DNA of 64,000 bases from Phyllobates terribilis (GCF_046119375.1 NW_027362762.1:439022001-439086000); one strand, 5' to 3'. Positions 1 to 15,500 are shown, counted from the stretch's first letter. The notes: generated from the letters alone by a model not told the origin. A program made the numbers and translations.

Positions 1-3000
1 GTGTCTCCCTGATTTTTCAGACACAAATATATCTGTTGAAAATAGTCTGGTGTAGGCCAGAGAGACAGAAGTGTGCTTTTGCTGTTCCATGGTAAAAAAT
101 CTGTATTATCCTGCTTTGTGCATTTTTTGCTGTAAAAAAAAAAAAAATAGTGTCTCCCTGATTTTTCAGACACAAATATATCTGTTGAAAATAGTCTGGT
201 GTAGGCCAGAGAGACAGAAGTGTGCTTTTGCTGTTCCATGGTAAAAAATCTCTATTATCCTGCTTTTTGCATTTTTTGCTGTTAAAAAAAAAATAGTGTC
301 TCCCTGATTTTAAAGACACAAATATATCTGTTGAAAATAGTCTGGTGTAGGCCCGAGAAATACAAGTGTGGTTTTGCAGTTCCAAGGTACAAACCTCTGT
401 ATTATCCACTTTTGGGCCATTTGTATCTAAAAAAAACTGTTTGAGTGTGTCGCTCACTGTTCAGCCGCAAATATATATATATTTTAAAAAGCCTGGTATA
501 CACCAGTAAATTATTACTGTGGTTTTGATGTTCCACGGTAAAACATCTCTATTATCCTGTTTTTGGCATTTTTTGCTGTATAAAAATAATAATAGTGTCT
601 CTCTGATTTTTCAGACACAAATATATCTGTTGAAAATAGACTGGTGTAGGCCAGAGAGACAGAAGTGTGCTTTTGCTGTTCCACGGTAAAAAATCTCTAT
701 TATCCTGCTTTTTGCATTTTTTGCTGTAAAAAAAAAAAAAAATAGTGTCTCCCTGATTTTTCAGACAAAAATATATCTGTTGAAAATAGTCTGGTGTAGG
801 CCAGAGAGACAGAAGTGTGCTTTTGCTGTTCCATGGTAAAAAATCTCTATTATCCTGCTTTTTGCATTTTTTGCTGTAAAAAAAAAAAAAAATAGTGTCT
901 CCCTGATTTTTCAGACACAAATATATCTGTTGAAAATAGTCTGGTGTAGGCCAGAGAGACAGAAGTGTGCTTTTGCTGTTCCATGGTAAAAAATCTCTAT
1001 TATCCTGCTTTTTGCATTTTTTGCTGTTAAAAAAAAAAATAGTGTCTCCCTGATTTTTCAGACACAAATATATCTGTTGAAAATAGTCTGGTGTAGGCCC
1101 GAGAAATACAAGTGTGGTTTTGCAGTTCCACGGTACAAACCTCTGTATTATCCACTTTTGGGCCATTTGTATCTAAAAAAAACAGTTTGAGTGTGTCGCT
1201 CACTGTTCAGGCGCAAATATATATATATTTTAAAAAGCCTGGTATACACCAGTAAATTATTACTGTGGTTTTGATGTTCCACGGTAAAACATCTCTATTA
1301 TCCTGCTTTTTGCATTTTTTGCTGTAAAAAAAAAAAAAAAATAGTGTCTCCCTGATTTTTCAGACACAAATATATCTGTTGAAAATAGTCTGGTGTAGGC
1401 CAGAGAGACAGAAGTGTGCTTTTGCTGTTCCACGGTAAAAAATCTCTATTATCCTGCTTTTTGCATTTTTTGCTGTAAAAAAAAAAAAAATAGTGTCTCC
1501 CTGATTTTTCAGACACAAATATATCTGTTGAAAATAGTCTGGTGTAGGCCCGAGAAATACAAGTGTGGTTTTGCAGTTCCAAGGTACAAACCTCTGTATT
1601 ATCCACTTTTGGGCCATTTGTATCTAAAAAAAACAGTTTGAGTGTGTCGCTCACTGTTCAGCCGCAAATATATATATATTTTAAAAAGCCTGGTATACAC
1701 CAGTAAATTATTACTGTGGTTTTGATGTTCCACGGTAAAACATCTCTATTATCCTGTTTTTGGCATTTTTTGCTGTATAAAAATATTAATAGTGTCTCCC
1801 TGATTTTTCAGACACAAATATATCTGTTGAAAATAGTCTGGTGTAGGCCAGAGAGACAGAAGTGTGCTTTTGCTGTTCCACGGTAAAAAATCTCTATTAT
1901 CCTGCTTTTTGCATTTTTTGCTGTAAAAAAAAAAAAAATAGTGTCTCTCTGATTTTTCAGTCACAAATATATCTGTTGAAAATAGTCTGGTGTAGGCCAG
2001 AGAGACAGAAGTGTGCTTTTGCTGTTCCACGGTAAAAAATCTCTATTATCCTGCTTTTTGCATTTTTTGCTGTAAAAAAAAAAAAAAATAGTGTCTCCCT
2101 GATTTTTCAGACACAAATATATCTGTTGAAAATAGTCTGGTGTAGGCCCGAGAAATACAAGTGTGGTTTTGCAGTTCCAAGGTACAAACCTCTGTATTAT
2201 CCACTTTTGGGCCATTTGTATCTAAAAAAAACAGTTTGAGTGTGTCGCTCACTGTTCAGCCGCAAATATATATATATTTTAAAAAGCCTGGTATACACCA
2301 GTAAATTATTACTGTGGTTTTGATGTTCCACAGTAAAACATCTCTATTATCCTGTTTTTGGCATTTTTTGCTGTATAAAAATAATAATAGTGTCTCCCTG
2401 ATTTTTCAGACACAAATATATCTGTTGAAAATAGTCTGGTGTAGGCCAGAGAGACAGAAGTGTGCTTTTGCTCTTCCACGGTAAAAAATCTCTATTATCC
2501 TGCTTTTTGCATTTTTTGCTGTAAAAAAAAAAAAAATAGTGTCTCCCTGATTTTTCAGACACAAATATATCTGTTGAAAATAGTCTGGTGTAGGCCAGAG
2601 AGACAGAAGTGTGCTTTTGCTGTTCCATGGTAAAAAATCTCTATTATCCTGCTTTTTGCATTTTTTGCTGTAAAAAAAAAAAAAAATAGTGTCTCCCTGA
2701 TTTTTCAGACACAAATATATCTGTTGAAAATAGTCTGGTGTAGGCCAGAGAGACAGAAGTGTGCTTTTGCTGTTCCATGGTAAAAAATCTCTATTATCCT
2801 GCTTTTTGCATTTTTTGCTGTTAAAAAAAAAATAGTGTCTCCCTGATTTTTCAGACAAAAATATATCTGTTGAAAATAGTCTGGTGTAGGCCAGAGAGAC
2901 AGAAGTGTGCTTTTGCTGTTCCATGGTAAAAAATCTCTATTATCCTGCTTTTTGCATTTTTTGCTGTAAAAAAAAAAAAAAATAGTGTCTCCCTGATTTT

Positions 3001-6000
3001 TCAGACACAAATATATCTGTTGAAAATAGTCTGGTGTAGGCCAGAGAGACAGAAGTGTGCTTTTGCTGTTCTATGGTAAAAAATCTCTATTATCCTGCTT
3101 TTTGCATTTTTTGCTGTTAAAAAAAAAAATAGTGTCTCCCTGATTTTTCAGACACAAATATATCTGTTGAAAATAGTCTGGTGTAGGCCCGAGAAATACA
3201 AGTGTGGTTTTGCAGTTCCACGGTACAAACCTCTGTATTATCCACTTTTGGGCCATTTGTATCTAAAAAAAACAGTTTGAGTGTGTCGCTCACTGTTCAG
3301 CCGCAAATATATATATATTTTAAAAAGCCTGGTATACACCAGTAAATTATTACTGTGGTTTTGATGTTCCACGGTAAAACATCTCTATTATCCTGCTTTT
3401 TGCATTTTTTGCTGTAAAAAAAAAAAAAAAATAGTGTCTCCCTGATTTTTCAGACACAAATATATCTGTTGAAAATAGTCTGGTGTAGGCCAGAGAGACA
3501 GAAGTGTGCTTTTGCTGTTCCACGGTAAAAAATCTCTATTATCCTGCTTTTTGCATTTTTTGCTGTAAAAAAAAAAAAAATAGTGTCTCCCTGATTTTTC
3601 AGACACAAATATATCTGTTGAAAATAGTCTGGTGTAGGCCCGAGAAATACAAGTGTGGTTTTGCAGTTCCAAGGTACAAACCTCTGTATTATCCACTTTT
3701 GGGCCATTTGTATCTAAAAAAAACAGTTTGAGTGTGTCGCTCACTGTTCAGCCGCAAATATATATATATTTTAAAAAGCCTGGTATACACCAGTAAATTA
3801 TTACTGTGGTTTTGATGTTCCACGGTAAAACATCTCTATTATCCTGTTTTTGGCATTTTTTGCTGTATAAAAATAATAATAGTGTCTCCCTGATTTTTCA
3901 GACACAAATATATCTGTTGAAAATAGTCTGGTGTAGGCCAGAGAGACAGAAGTGTGCTTTTGCTGTTCCACGGTAAAAAATCTCTATTATCCTGCTTTTT
4001 GCATTTTTTGCTGTAAAAAAAAAAAAAATAGTGTCTCCCTGATTTTTCAGACACAAATATATCTGTTGAAAATAGTCTGGTGTAGGCCAGAGAGACAGAA
4101 GTGTGCTTTTGCTGTTCCACGGTAAAAAATCTCTATTATCTTGCTTTTTGCATTTTTTGCTGTAAAAAAAAAAAAAAATAGTGTCTCCCTGATTTTTCAG
4201 ACACAAATATATCTGTTGAAAATAGTCTGGTGTAGGCCCGAGAAATACAAGTGTGGTTTTGCAGTTCCAAGGTACAAACCTCTGTATTATCCACTTTTGG
4301 GCCATTTGTATCTAAAAAAAACAGTTTGAGTGTGTCGCTCACTGTTCAGCCGCAAATATATATATATTTTAAAAAGCCTGGTATACACCAGTAAATTATT
4401 ACTGTGGTTTTGATGTTCCACAGTAAAACATCTCTATTATCCTGTTTTTGGCATTTTTTGCTGTATAAAAATAATAATAGTGTCTCCCTGATTTTTCAGA
4501 CACAAATATATCTGTTGAAAATAGTCTGGTGTAGGCCAGAGAGACAGAAGTGTGCTTTTGCTCTTCCACGGTAAAAAATCTCTATTATCCTGCTTTTTGC
4601 ATTTTTTGCTGTAAAAAAAAAAAAAATAGTGTCTCCCTGATTTTTCAGACACAAATATATCTGTTGAAAATAGTCTGCTGTAGGCCAGAGAGACAGAAGT
4701 GTGCTTTTGCTGTTCCATGGTAAAAAAATCTCTATTATCCTGCTTTTTGCATTTTTTGCTGTAAAAAAAAAAAAAAATAGTGTCTCCCTGATTTTTCAGA
4801 CACAAATATATCTGTTGAAAATAGTCTGGTGTAGGCCAGAGAGACAGAAGTGTGCTTTTGCTGTTCCATGGTAAAAAATCTCTATTATCCTGCTTTTTGC
4901 ATTTTTTGCTGTTAAAAAAAAAATAGTGTCTCCCTGATTTTTCAGACACAAATATATCTGTTGAAAATAGTCTGGTGTAGGCCCGAGAAATACAAGTGTG
5001 GTTTTGCAGTTCCAAGGTACAAACCTCTGTATTATCCACTTTTGGGCCATTTGTATCTAAAAAAAACTGTTTGAGTGTGTCGCTCACTGTTCAGCCGCAA
5101 ATATACATATATTTTAAAAAGCCTGGTATACACCAGAAAATTATTACTGTGGTTTTGATGTTCCACGGTAAAACATCTCTATTATCCTGTTTTTGGCATT
5201 TTTTGCTGTATAAAAATAATAATAGTGTCTCCCTGATTTTTCAGACACAAATATATCTGTTGAAAATAGTCTGGTGTAGGCCAGAGAGACAGAAGTGTGC
5301 TTTTGCTGTTCCACGGTAAAAAATCTCTATTATCCTGCTTTTTGCATTTTTTGCTGTAAAAAAAAAAAAAATAGTGTCTCCCTGATTTTTCAGACACAAA
5401 TATATCTGTTGAAAATAGTCTGGTGTAGGCCCGAGAAATACAAGTGTGGTTTTGCAGTTCCAAGGTACAAACCTCTGTATTATCCACTTTTGGGCCATTT
5501 GTATCTAAAAAAAACTGTTTGAGTGTGTCGCTCACTGTTCAGCCGCAAATATATATATATTTTAAAAAGCCTGGTATACACCAGTAAATTATTACTGTGG
5601 TTTTGATGTTCCACGGTAAAACATCTCTATTATCCTGTTTTTGGCATTTTTTGCTGTATAAAAATAATAATAGTGTCTCCCTGATTTTTCAGACACAAAT
5701 ATATCTGTTGAAAATAGACTGGTGTAGGCCAGAGAGACAGAAGTGTGCTTTTGCTGTTCCACGGTAAAAAATCTCTATTATCCTGCTTTTTGCATTTTTT
5801 GCTGTAAAAAAAAAAAAAATAGTGTCTCCCTGATTTTTCAGACAAAAATATATCTGTTGAAAATAGTCTGGTGTAGGCCAGAGAGACAGAAGTGTGCTTT
5901 TGCTGTTCCATGGTAAAAAATCTCTATTATCCTGCTTTTTGCATTTTTTGCTGTAAAAAAAAAAATAGTGTCTCCCTGATTTTTCAGACACAAATATATC

Positions 6001-9000
6001 TGTTGAAAATAGTCTGGTGTAGGCCCGAGAAATACAAGTGTGGTTTTGCAGTTCCACGGTACAAACCTCTGTATTATCCACTTTTGGGCCATTTGTATCT
6101 AAAAAAAACAGTTTGAGTGTGTCGCTCACTGTTCAGCCGCAAATATATATATATTTTAAAAAGCCTGGTATACACCAGTAAATTATTACTGTGGTTTTGA
6201 TGTTCCACGGTAAAACATCTCTATTATCCTGCTTTTTGCATTTTTTGCTGTAAAAAAAAAAAAAAAATAGTGTCTCCCTGATTTTTCAGACACAAATATA
6301 TCTGTTGAAAATAGTCTGGTGTAGGCCAGAGAGACAGAAGTGTGCTTTTGCTGTTCCACGGTAAAAAATCTCTATTATCCTGCTTTTTGCATTTTTTGCT
6401 GTTAAAAAAAAAAATAGTGTCTCCCTGATTTTTCAGACACAAATATATCTGTTGAAAATAGTCTGGTGTAGGCCCGAGAAATACAAGTGTGGTTTTGCAG
6501 TTCCACTGTACAAACCTCTGTATTATCCACTTTTGGGCCATTTGTATCTAAAAAAAACAGTTTGAGTGTGTCGCTCACTGTTCAGCCGCAAATATATATA
6601 TATTTTAAAAAGCCTGGTATACACCAGTAAATTATTACTGTGGTTTTCATGTTCCACGGTAAAACATCTCTATTATCCTGTTTTTTGGCATTTTTTGCGG
6701 TATAAAAATAATAATAGTGTCTCCCTGATTTTTCAGACACAAATATATCTGTTGAAAATAGTCTGGTGTAGGCCAGAGAGACAGAAGTGTGCTTTTGCTG
6801 TTCCACTGTAAAAAATCTCTATTATCCTGCTTTTTGCATTTTTTGCTGTAAAAAAAAAAAAAATAGTGTCTCCCTGATTTTTCAGACACAAATATATCTG
6901 TTGAAAATAGTCTGGTGTAGGCCAGAGAGACAGAAGTGTGCTTTTGCTGTTCCACGGTAAAAAATCTCTATTATCCTGCTTTTTGCATTTTTTGCTGTAA
7001 AAAAAAAAAAAAATAGTGTCTCCCTGATTTTTCAGACACAAATATATCTGTTGAAAATAGTCTGGTGTAGGCCCGAGAAATACAAGTGTGGTTTTGCAGT
7101 TCCAAGGTACAAACCTCTGTATTATCCACTTTTGGGCCATTTGTATCTAAAAAAAACAGTTTGAGTGTGTCGCTCACTGTTCAGCCGCAAATATATATAT
7201 ATTTTAAAAAGCCTGGTATACACCAGTAAATTATTACTGTGGTTTTGATGTTCCACGGTAAAACATCTCTATTATCCTGTTTTTGGCATTTTTTGCTGTA
7301 TAAAAATAATAATAGTGTCTCCCTGATTTTTCAGACACAAATATATCTGTTGAAAATAGTCTGGTGTAGGCCAGAGAGACAGAAGTGTGCTTTTGCTGTT
7401 CCACGGTAAAAAATCTCTATTATCCTGCTTTTTGCATTTTTTGCTGTAAAAAAAAAAAAAATAGTGTCTCCCTGATTTTTCAGACACAAATATATCTGTT
7501 GAAAATAGTCTGGTGTAGGCCAGAGAGACAGAAGTGTGCTTTTGCTGTTCCATGGTAAAAAATCTGTATTATCCTGCTTTGTGCATTTTTTGCTGTAAAA
7601 AAAAAAAAAATAGTGTCTCCCTGATTTTTCAGACACAAATATATCTGTTGAAAATAGTCTGGTGTAGGCCAGAGAGACAGAAGTGTGCTTTTGCTGTTCC
7701 ATGGTAAAAAATCTCTATTATCCTGCTTTTTGCATTTTTTGCTGTTAAAAAAAAAATAGTGTCTCCCTGATTTTAAAGACACAAATATATCTGTTGAAAA
7801 TAGTCTGGTGTAGGCCCGAGAAATACAAGTGTGGTTTTGCAGTTCCAAGGTACAAACCTCTGTATTATCCACTTTTGGGCCATTTGTATCTAAAAAAAAC
7901 TGTTTGAGTGTGTCGCTCACTGTTCAGCCGCAAATATATATATATTTTAAAAAGCCTGGTATACACCAGTAAATTATTACTGTGGTTTTGATGTTCCACG
8001 GTAAAACATCTCTATTATCCTGTTTTTGGCATTTTTTGCTGTATAAAAATAATAATAGTGTCTCTCTGATTTTTCAGACACAAATATATCTGTTGAAAAT
8101 AGACTGGTGTAGGCCAGAGAGACAGAAGTGTGCTTTTGCTGTTCCACGGTAAAAAATCTCTATTATCCTGCTTTTTGCATTTTTTGCTGTAAAAAAAAAA
8201 AAAAATAGTGTCTCCCTGATTTTTCAGACAAAAATATATCTGTTGAAAATAGTCTGGTGTAGGCCAGAGAGACAGAAGTGTGCTTTTGCTGTTCCATGGT
8301 AAAAAATCTCTATTATCCTGCTTTTTGCATTTTTTGCTGTAAAAAAAAAAAAAAATAGTGTCTCCCTGATTTTTCAGACACAAATATATCTGTTGAAAAT
8401 AGTCTGGTGTAGGCCAGAGAGACAGAAGTGTGCTTTTGCTGTTCCATGGTAAAAAATCTCTATTATCCTGCTTTTTGCATTTTTTGCTGTTAAAAAAAAA
8501 AATAGTGTCTCCCTGATTTTTCAGACACAAATATATCTGTTGAAAATAGTCTGGTGTAGGCCCGAGAAATACAAGTGTGGTTTTGCAGTTCCACGGTACA
8601 AACCTCTGTATTATCCACTTTTGGGCCATTTGTATCTAAAAAAAACAGTTTGAGTGTGTCGCTCACTGTTCAGGCGCAAATATATATATATTTTAAAAAG
8701 CCTGGTATACACCAGTAAATTATTACTGTGGTTTTGATGTTCCACGGTAAAACATCTCTATTATCCTGCTTTTTGCATTTTTTGCTGTAAAAAAAAAAAA
8801 AAAATAGTGTCTCCCTGATTTTTCAGACACAAATATATCTGTTGAAAATAGTCTGGTGTAGGCCAGAGAGACAGAAGTGTGCTTTTGCTGTTCCACGGTA
8901 AAAAATCTCTATTATCCTGCTTTTTGCATTTTTTGCTGTAAAAAAAAAAAAAATAGTGTCTCCCTGATTTTTCAGACACAAATATATCTGTTGAAAATAG

Positions 9001-12000
9001 TCTGGTGTAGGCCCGAGAAATACAAGTGTGGTTTTGCAGTTCCAAGGTACAAACCTCTGTATTATCCACTTTTGGGCCATTTGTATCTAAAAAAAACAGT
9101 TTGAGTGTGTCGCTCACTGTTCAGCCGCAAATATATATATATTTTAAAAAGCCTGGTATACACCAGTAAATTATTACTGTGGTTTTGATGTTCCACGGTA
9201 AAACATCTCTATTATCCTGTTTTTGGCATTTTTTGCTGTATAAAAATATTAATAGTGTCTCCCTGATTTTTCAGACACAAATATATCTGTTGAAAATAGT
9301 CTGGTGTAGGCCAGAGAGACAGAAGTGTGCTTTTGCTGTTCCACGGTAAAAAATCTCTATTATCCTGCTTTTTGCATTTTTTGCTGTAAAAAAAAAAAAA
9401 ATAGTGTCTCTCTGATTTTTCAGTCACAAATATATCTGTTGAAAATAGTCTGGTGTAGGCCAGAGAGACAGAAGTGTGCTTTTGCTGTTCCACGGTAAAA
9501 AATCTCTATTATCCTGCTTTTTGCATTTTTTGCTGTAAAAAAAAAAAAAAATAGTGTCTCCCTGATTTTTCAGACACAAATATATCTGTTGAAAATAGTC
9601 TGGTGTAGGCCCGAGAAATACAAGTGTGGTTTTGCAGTTCCAAGGTACAAACCTCTGTATTATCCACTTTTGGGCCATTTGTATCTAAAAAAAACAGTTT
9701 GAGTGTGTCGCTCACTGTTCAGCCGCAAATATATATATATTTTAAAAAGCCTGGTATACACCAGTAAATTATTACTGTGGTTTTGATGTTCCACAGTAAA
9801 ACATCTCTATTATCCTGTTTTTGGCATTTTTTGCTGTATAAAAATAATAATAGTGTCTCCCTGATTTTTCAGACACAAATATATCTGTTGAAAATAGTCT
9901 GGTGTAGGCCAGAGAGACAGAAGTGTGCTTTTGCTCTTCCACGGTAAAAAATCTCTATTATCCTGCTTTTTGCATTTTTTGCTGTAAAAAAAAAAAAAAT
10001 AGTGTCTCCCTGATTTTTCAGACACAAATATATCTGTTGAAAATAGTCTGGTGTAGGCCAGAGAGACAGAAGTGTGCTTTTGCTGTTCCATGGTAAAAAA
10101 TCTCTATTATCCTGCTTTTTGCATTTTTTGCTGTAAAAAAAAAAAAAAATAGTGTCTCCCTGATTTTTCAGACACAAATATATCTGTTGAAAATAGTCTG
10201 GTGTAGGCCAGAGAGACAGAAGTGTGCTTTTGCTGTTCCATGGTAAAAAATCTCTATTATCCTGCTTTTTGCATTTTTTGCTGTTAAAAAAAAAATAGTG
10301 TCTCCCTGATTTTTCAGACAAAAATATATCTGTTGAAAATAGTCTGGTGTAGGCCAGAGAGACAGAAGTGTGCTTTTGCTGTTCCATGGTAAAAAATCTC
10401 TATTATCCTGCTTTTTGCATTTTTTGCTGTAAAAAAAAAAAAAAATAGTGTCTCCCTGATTTTTCAGACACAAATATATCTGTTGAAAATAGTCTGGTGT
10501 AGGCCAGAGAGACAGAAGTGTGCTTTTGCTGTTCTATGGTAAAAAATCTCTATTATCCTGCTTTTTGCATTTTTTGCTGTTAAAAAAAAAAATAGTGTCT
10601 CCCTGATTTTTCAGACACAAATATATCTGTTGAAAATAGTCTGGTGTAGGCCCGAGAAATACAAGTGTGGTTTTGCAGTTCCACGGTACAAACCTCTGTA
10701 TTATCCACTTTTGGGCCATTTGTATCTAAAAAAAACAGTTTGAGTGTGTCGCTCACTGTTCAGCCGCAAATATATATATATTTTAAAAAGCCTGGTATAC
10801 ACCAGTAAATTATTACTGTGGTTTTGATGTTCCACGGTAAAACATCTCTATTATCCTGCTTTTTGCATTTTTTGCTGTAAAAAAAAAAAAAAAATAGTGT
10901 CTCCCTGATTTTTCAGACACAAATATATCTGTTGAAAATAGTCTGGTGTAGGCCAGAGAGACAGAAGTGTGCTTTTGCTGTTCCACGGTAAAAAATCTCT
11001 ATTATCCTGCTTTTTGCATTTTTTGCTGTAAAAAAAAAAAAAATAGTGTCTCCCTGATTTTTCAGACACAAATATATCTGTTGAAAATAGTCTGGTGTAG
11101 GCCCGAGAAATACAAGTGTGGTTTTGCAGTTCCAAGGTACAAACCTCTGTATTATCCACTTTTGGGCCATTTGTATCTAAAAAAAACAGTTTGAGTGTGT
11201 CGCTCACTGTTCAGCCGCAAATATATATATATTTTAAAAAGCCTGGTATACACCAGTAAATTATTACTGTGGTTTTGATGTTCCACGGTAAAACATCTCT
11301 ATTATCCTGTTTTTGGCATTTTTTGCTGTATAAAAATAATAATAGTGTCTCCCTGATTTTTCAGACACAAATATATCTGTTGAAAATAGTCTGGTGTAGG
11401 CCAGAGAGACAGAAGTGTGCTTTTGCTGTTCCACGGTAAAAAATCTCTATTATCCTGCTTTTTGCATTTTTTGCTGTAAAAAAAAAAAAAATAGTGTCTC
11501 CCTGATTTTTCAGACACAAATATATCTGTTGAAAATAGTCTGGTGTAGGCCAGAGAGACAGAAGTGTGCTTTTGCTGTTCCACGGTAAAAAATCTCTATT
11601 ATCTTGCTTTTTGCATTTTTTGCTGTAAAAAAAAAAAAAAATAGTGTCTCCCTGATTTTTCAGACACAAATATATCTGTTGAAAATAGTCTGGTGTAGGC
11701 CCGAGAAATACAAGTGTGGTTTTGCAGTTCCAAGGTACAAACCTCTGTATTATCCACTTTTGGGCCATTTGTATCTAAAAAAAACAGTTTGAGTGTGTCG
11801 CTCACTGTTCAGCCGCAAATATATATATATTTTAAAAAGCCTGGTATACACCAGTAAATTATTACTGTGGTTTTGATGTTCCACAGTAAAACATCTCTAT
11901 TATCCTGTTTTTGGCATTTTTTGCTGTATAAAAATAATAATAGTGTCTCCCTGATTTTTCAGACACAAATATATCTGTTGAAAATAGTCTGGTGTAGGCC

Positions 12001-12555
12001 AGAGAGACAGAAGTGTGCTTTTGCTCTTCCACGGTAAAAAATCTCTATTATCCTGCTTTTTGCATTTTTTGCTGTAAAAAAAAAAAAAATAGTGTCTCCC
12101 TGATTTTTCAGACACAAATATATCTGTTGAAAATAGTCTGCTGTAGGCCAGAGAGACAGAAGTGTGCTTTTGCTGTTCCATGGTAAAAAAATCTCTATTA
12201 TCCTGCTTTTTGCATTTTTTGCTGTAAAAAAAAAAAAAAATAGTGTCTCCCTGATTTTTCAGACACAAATATATCTGTTGAAAATAGTCTGGTGTAGGCC
12301 AGAGAGACAGAAGTGTGCTTTTGCTGTTCCATGGTAAAAAATCTCTATTATCCTGCTTTTTGCATTTTTTGCTGTTAAAAAAAAAATAGTGTCTCCCTGA
12401 TTTTTCAGACACAAATATATCTGTTGAAAATAGTCTGGTGTAGGCCCGAGAAATACAAGTGTGGTTTTGCAGTTCCAAGGTACAAACCTCTGTATTATCC
12501 ACTTTTGGGCCATTTGTATCTAAAAAAAACTGTTTGAGTGTGTCGCTCACTGTTC
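1..12555. repeat. 7,463-bp higher-order duplication (50 monomers): 1-~5090 repeated at 7464-~12555
   Basis: Every ORF in the track from 17..457 to 4437..5087 reappears with identical length and translation at +7463. Rare variants are shared (CTTTGTGC, TTTTAAAGACAC, CAGGCGC, CAGTCAC, GTTCTATGG, GTCTGCTGTAGG). Confidence 0.93.
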
Positions 12556-15500
12556 AGCCGCAAATATATATATATTTTAAAAAGCCTGGTATACACAAGT
12601 AAATTATTACTGTGGTTTTGATGTTCCACGGTAAAACATCTCTATTATCCTGTTTTTGGCATTTTTTGCTGTATAAAAATAATAATAGTGTCTCCCTGAT
12701 TTTTCAGACACAAATATATCTGTTGAAAATAGTCTGGTGTAGGCCAGAGAGACAGAAGTGTGCTTTTGCTGTTCCACGGTAAAAAATCTCTATTATCCTG
12801 CTTTTTGCATTTTTTGCTGTAAAAAAAAAAAAAATAGTGTCTCCCTGATTTTTCAGACACAAATATATCTGTTGAAAATAGTCTGGTGTAGGCCAGAGAG
12901 ACAGAAGTGTGCTTTTGCTGTTCCATGGTAAAAAATCTCTATTATCCTGCTTTTTGCATTTTTTGCTGTAAAAAAAAAAAAAAATAGTGTCTCCCTGATT
13001 TTTCAGACACAAATATATCTGTTGAAAATAGTCTGGTGTAGGCCAGAGAGACAGAAGTGTGCTTTTGCTGTTCCATGGTAAAAAATCTCTATTATCCTGC
13101 TTTTTGCATTTTTTGCTGTAAAAAAAAAAAAAAAATAGTGTCTCCCTGATTTTTCAGACACAAATATATCTGTTGAAAATAGTCTGGTGTAGGCCCGAGA
13201 AATACAAGTGTGGTTTTGCAGTTCCACGGTACAAACCTCTGTATTATCCACTTTTGGGCCATTTGTATCTAAAAAAAACAGTTTGAGTGTGTCGCTCACT
13301 GTTCAGCCGCAAATATATATATATTTTAAAAAGCCTGGTATACACCAGTAAATTATTACTGTGGTTTTGATGTTCCACGGTAAAACATCTCTATTATCCT
13401 GTTTTTGGCATTTTTTGCTGTATAAAAATAATAATAGTGTCTCCCTGATTTTTCAGACACAAATATATCTGTTGAAAATAGTCTGGTGTAGGCCAGAGAG
13501 ACAGAAGTGTGCTTTTGCTGTTCCACGGTAAAAAATCTCTATTATCCTGCTTTTTGCATTTTTTGCTGTAAAAAAAAAAAAAATAGTGTCTCCCTGATTT
13601 TTCAGACACAAATATATCTGTTGAAAATAGTCTGGTGTAGGCCAGAGAGACAGAAGTGTGCTTTTGCTGTTCCACGGTAAAAAATCTCTATTATCCTGCT
13701 TTTTGCATTTTTTGCTGTAAAAAAAAAAAAAAAATAGTGTCTCCCTGATTTTTCAGACACAAATATATCTGTTGAAAATAGTCTGGTGTAGGCCCGAGAA
13801 ATACAAGTGTGGTTTTGCAGTTCCAAGGTACAAACCTCTGTATTATCCACTTTTGGGCCATTTGTATCTAAAAAAAACAGTTTGAGTGTGTCGCTCACTG
13901 TTCAGCCGCAAATATATATATATTTTAAAAAGCCTGGTATACACCAGTAAATTATTACTGTGGTTTTGATGTTCCACAGTAAAACATCTCTATTATCCTG
14001 TTTTTGGCATTTTTTGCTGTATAAAAATAATAATAGTGTCTCCCTGATTTTTCAGACACAAATATATCTGTTGAAAATAGTCTGGTGTAGGCCAGAGAGA
14101 CAGAAGTGTGCTTTTGCTCTTCCACGGTAAAAAATCTCTATTATCCTGCTTTTTGCATTTTTTGCTGTAAAAAAAAAAAAAAATAGTGTCTCCCTGATTT
14201 TTCAGACACAAATATATCTGTTGAAAATAGTCTGGTGTAGGCCAGAGAGACAGAAGTGTGCTTTTGCTGTTCCATGGTAAAAAATCTCTATTATCCTGCT
14301 TTTTGCATTTTTTGCTGTAAAAAAAAAAAAAAATAGTGTCTCCCTGATTTTTCAGACACAAATATATCTGTTGAAAATAGTCTGGTGTAGGCCAGAGAGA
14401 CAGAAGTGTGCTTTTGCTGTTCCATGGTAAAAAATCTCTATTATCCTGCTTTTTGCATTTTTTGCTGTTAAAAAAAAAATAGTGTCTCCCTGATTTTTCA
14501 GACACAAATATATCTGTTGAAAATAGTCTGGTGTAGGCCCGAGAAATACAAGTGTGGTTTTGCAGTTCCAAGGTACAAACCTCTGTATTATCCACTTTTG
14601 GGCCATTTGTATCTAAAAAAAACAGTTTGAGTGTGTCGCTCACTGTTCAGCCGCAAATATATATATTTTAAAAAGCCTGGTATACACAAGTAAATTATTA
14701 CTGTGGTTTTGATGTTCCACGGTAAAACATCTCTATTATCCTGTTTTTGGCATTTTTTGCTGTATAAAAATAATAATAGTGTCTCCCTGATTTTTCAGAC
14801 ACAAATATATCTGTTGAAAATAGTCTGGTGTAGGCCAGAGAGACAGAAGTGTGCTTTTGCTCTTCCACGGTAAAAAATCTCTATTATCCTGCTTTTTGCA
14901 TTTTTTGCTGTAAAAAAAAAAAAAATAGTGTCTCCCTGATTTTTCAGACACAAATATATCTGTTGAAAATAGTCTGGTGTAGGCCAGAGAGACAGAAGTG
15001 TGCTTTTGCTGTTCCATGGTAAAAAATCTCTATTATCCTGCTTTTTGCATTTTTTGCTGTAAAAAAAAAAAAAATAGTGTCTCCCTGATTTTTCAGACAC
15101 AAATATATCTGTTGAAAATAGTCTGGTGTAGGCCCGAGAAATACAAGTGTGGTTTTGCAGTTCCACGGTACAAACCTCTGTATTATCCACTTTTGGGCCA
15201 TTTGTATCTAAAAAAAACAGTTTGAGTGTGTCGCTCACTGTTCAGCCGCAAATATATATATATTTTAAAAAGCCTGGTATACACCAGTAAATTATTACTG
15301 TGGTTTTGATGTTCCACGGTAAAACATCTCTATTATCCTGCTTTTTGCATTTTTTGCTGTAAAAAAAAAAAAAAAATAGTGTCTCCCTGATTTTTCAGAC
15401 ACAAATATATCTGTTGAAAATAGTCTGGTGTAGGCCAGAGAGACAGAAGTGTGCTTTTGCTGTTCCACGGTAAAAAATCTCTATTATCCTGCTTTTTGCA

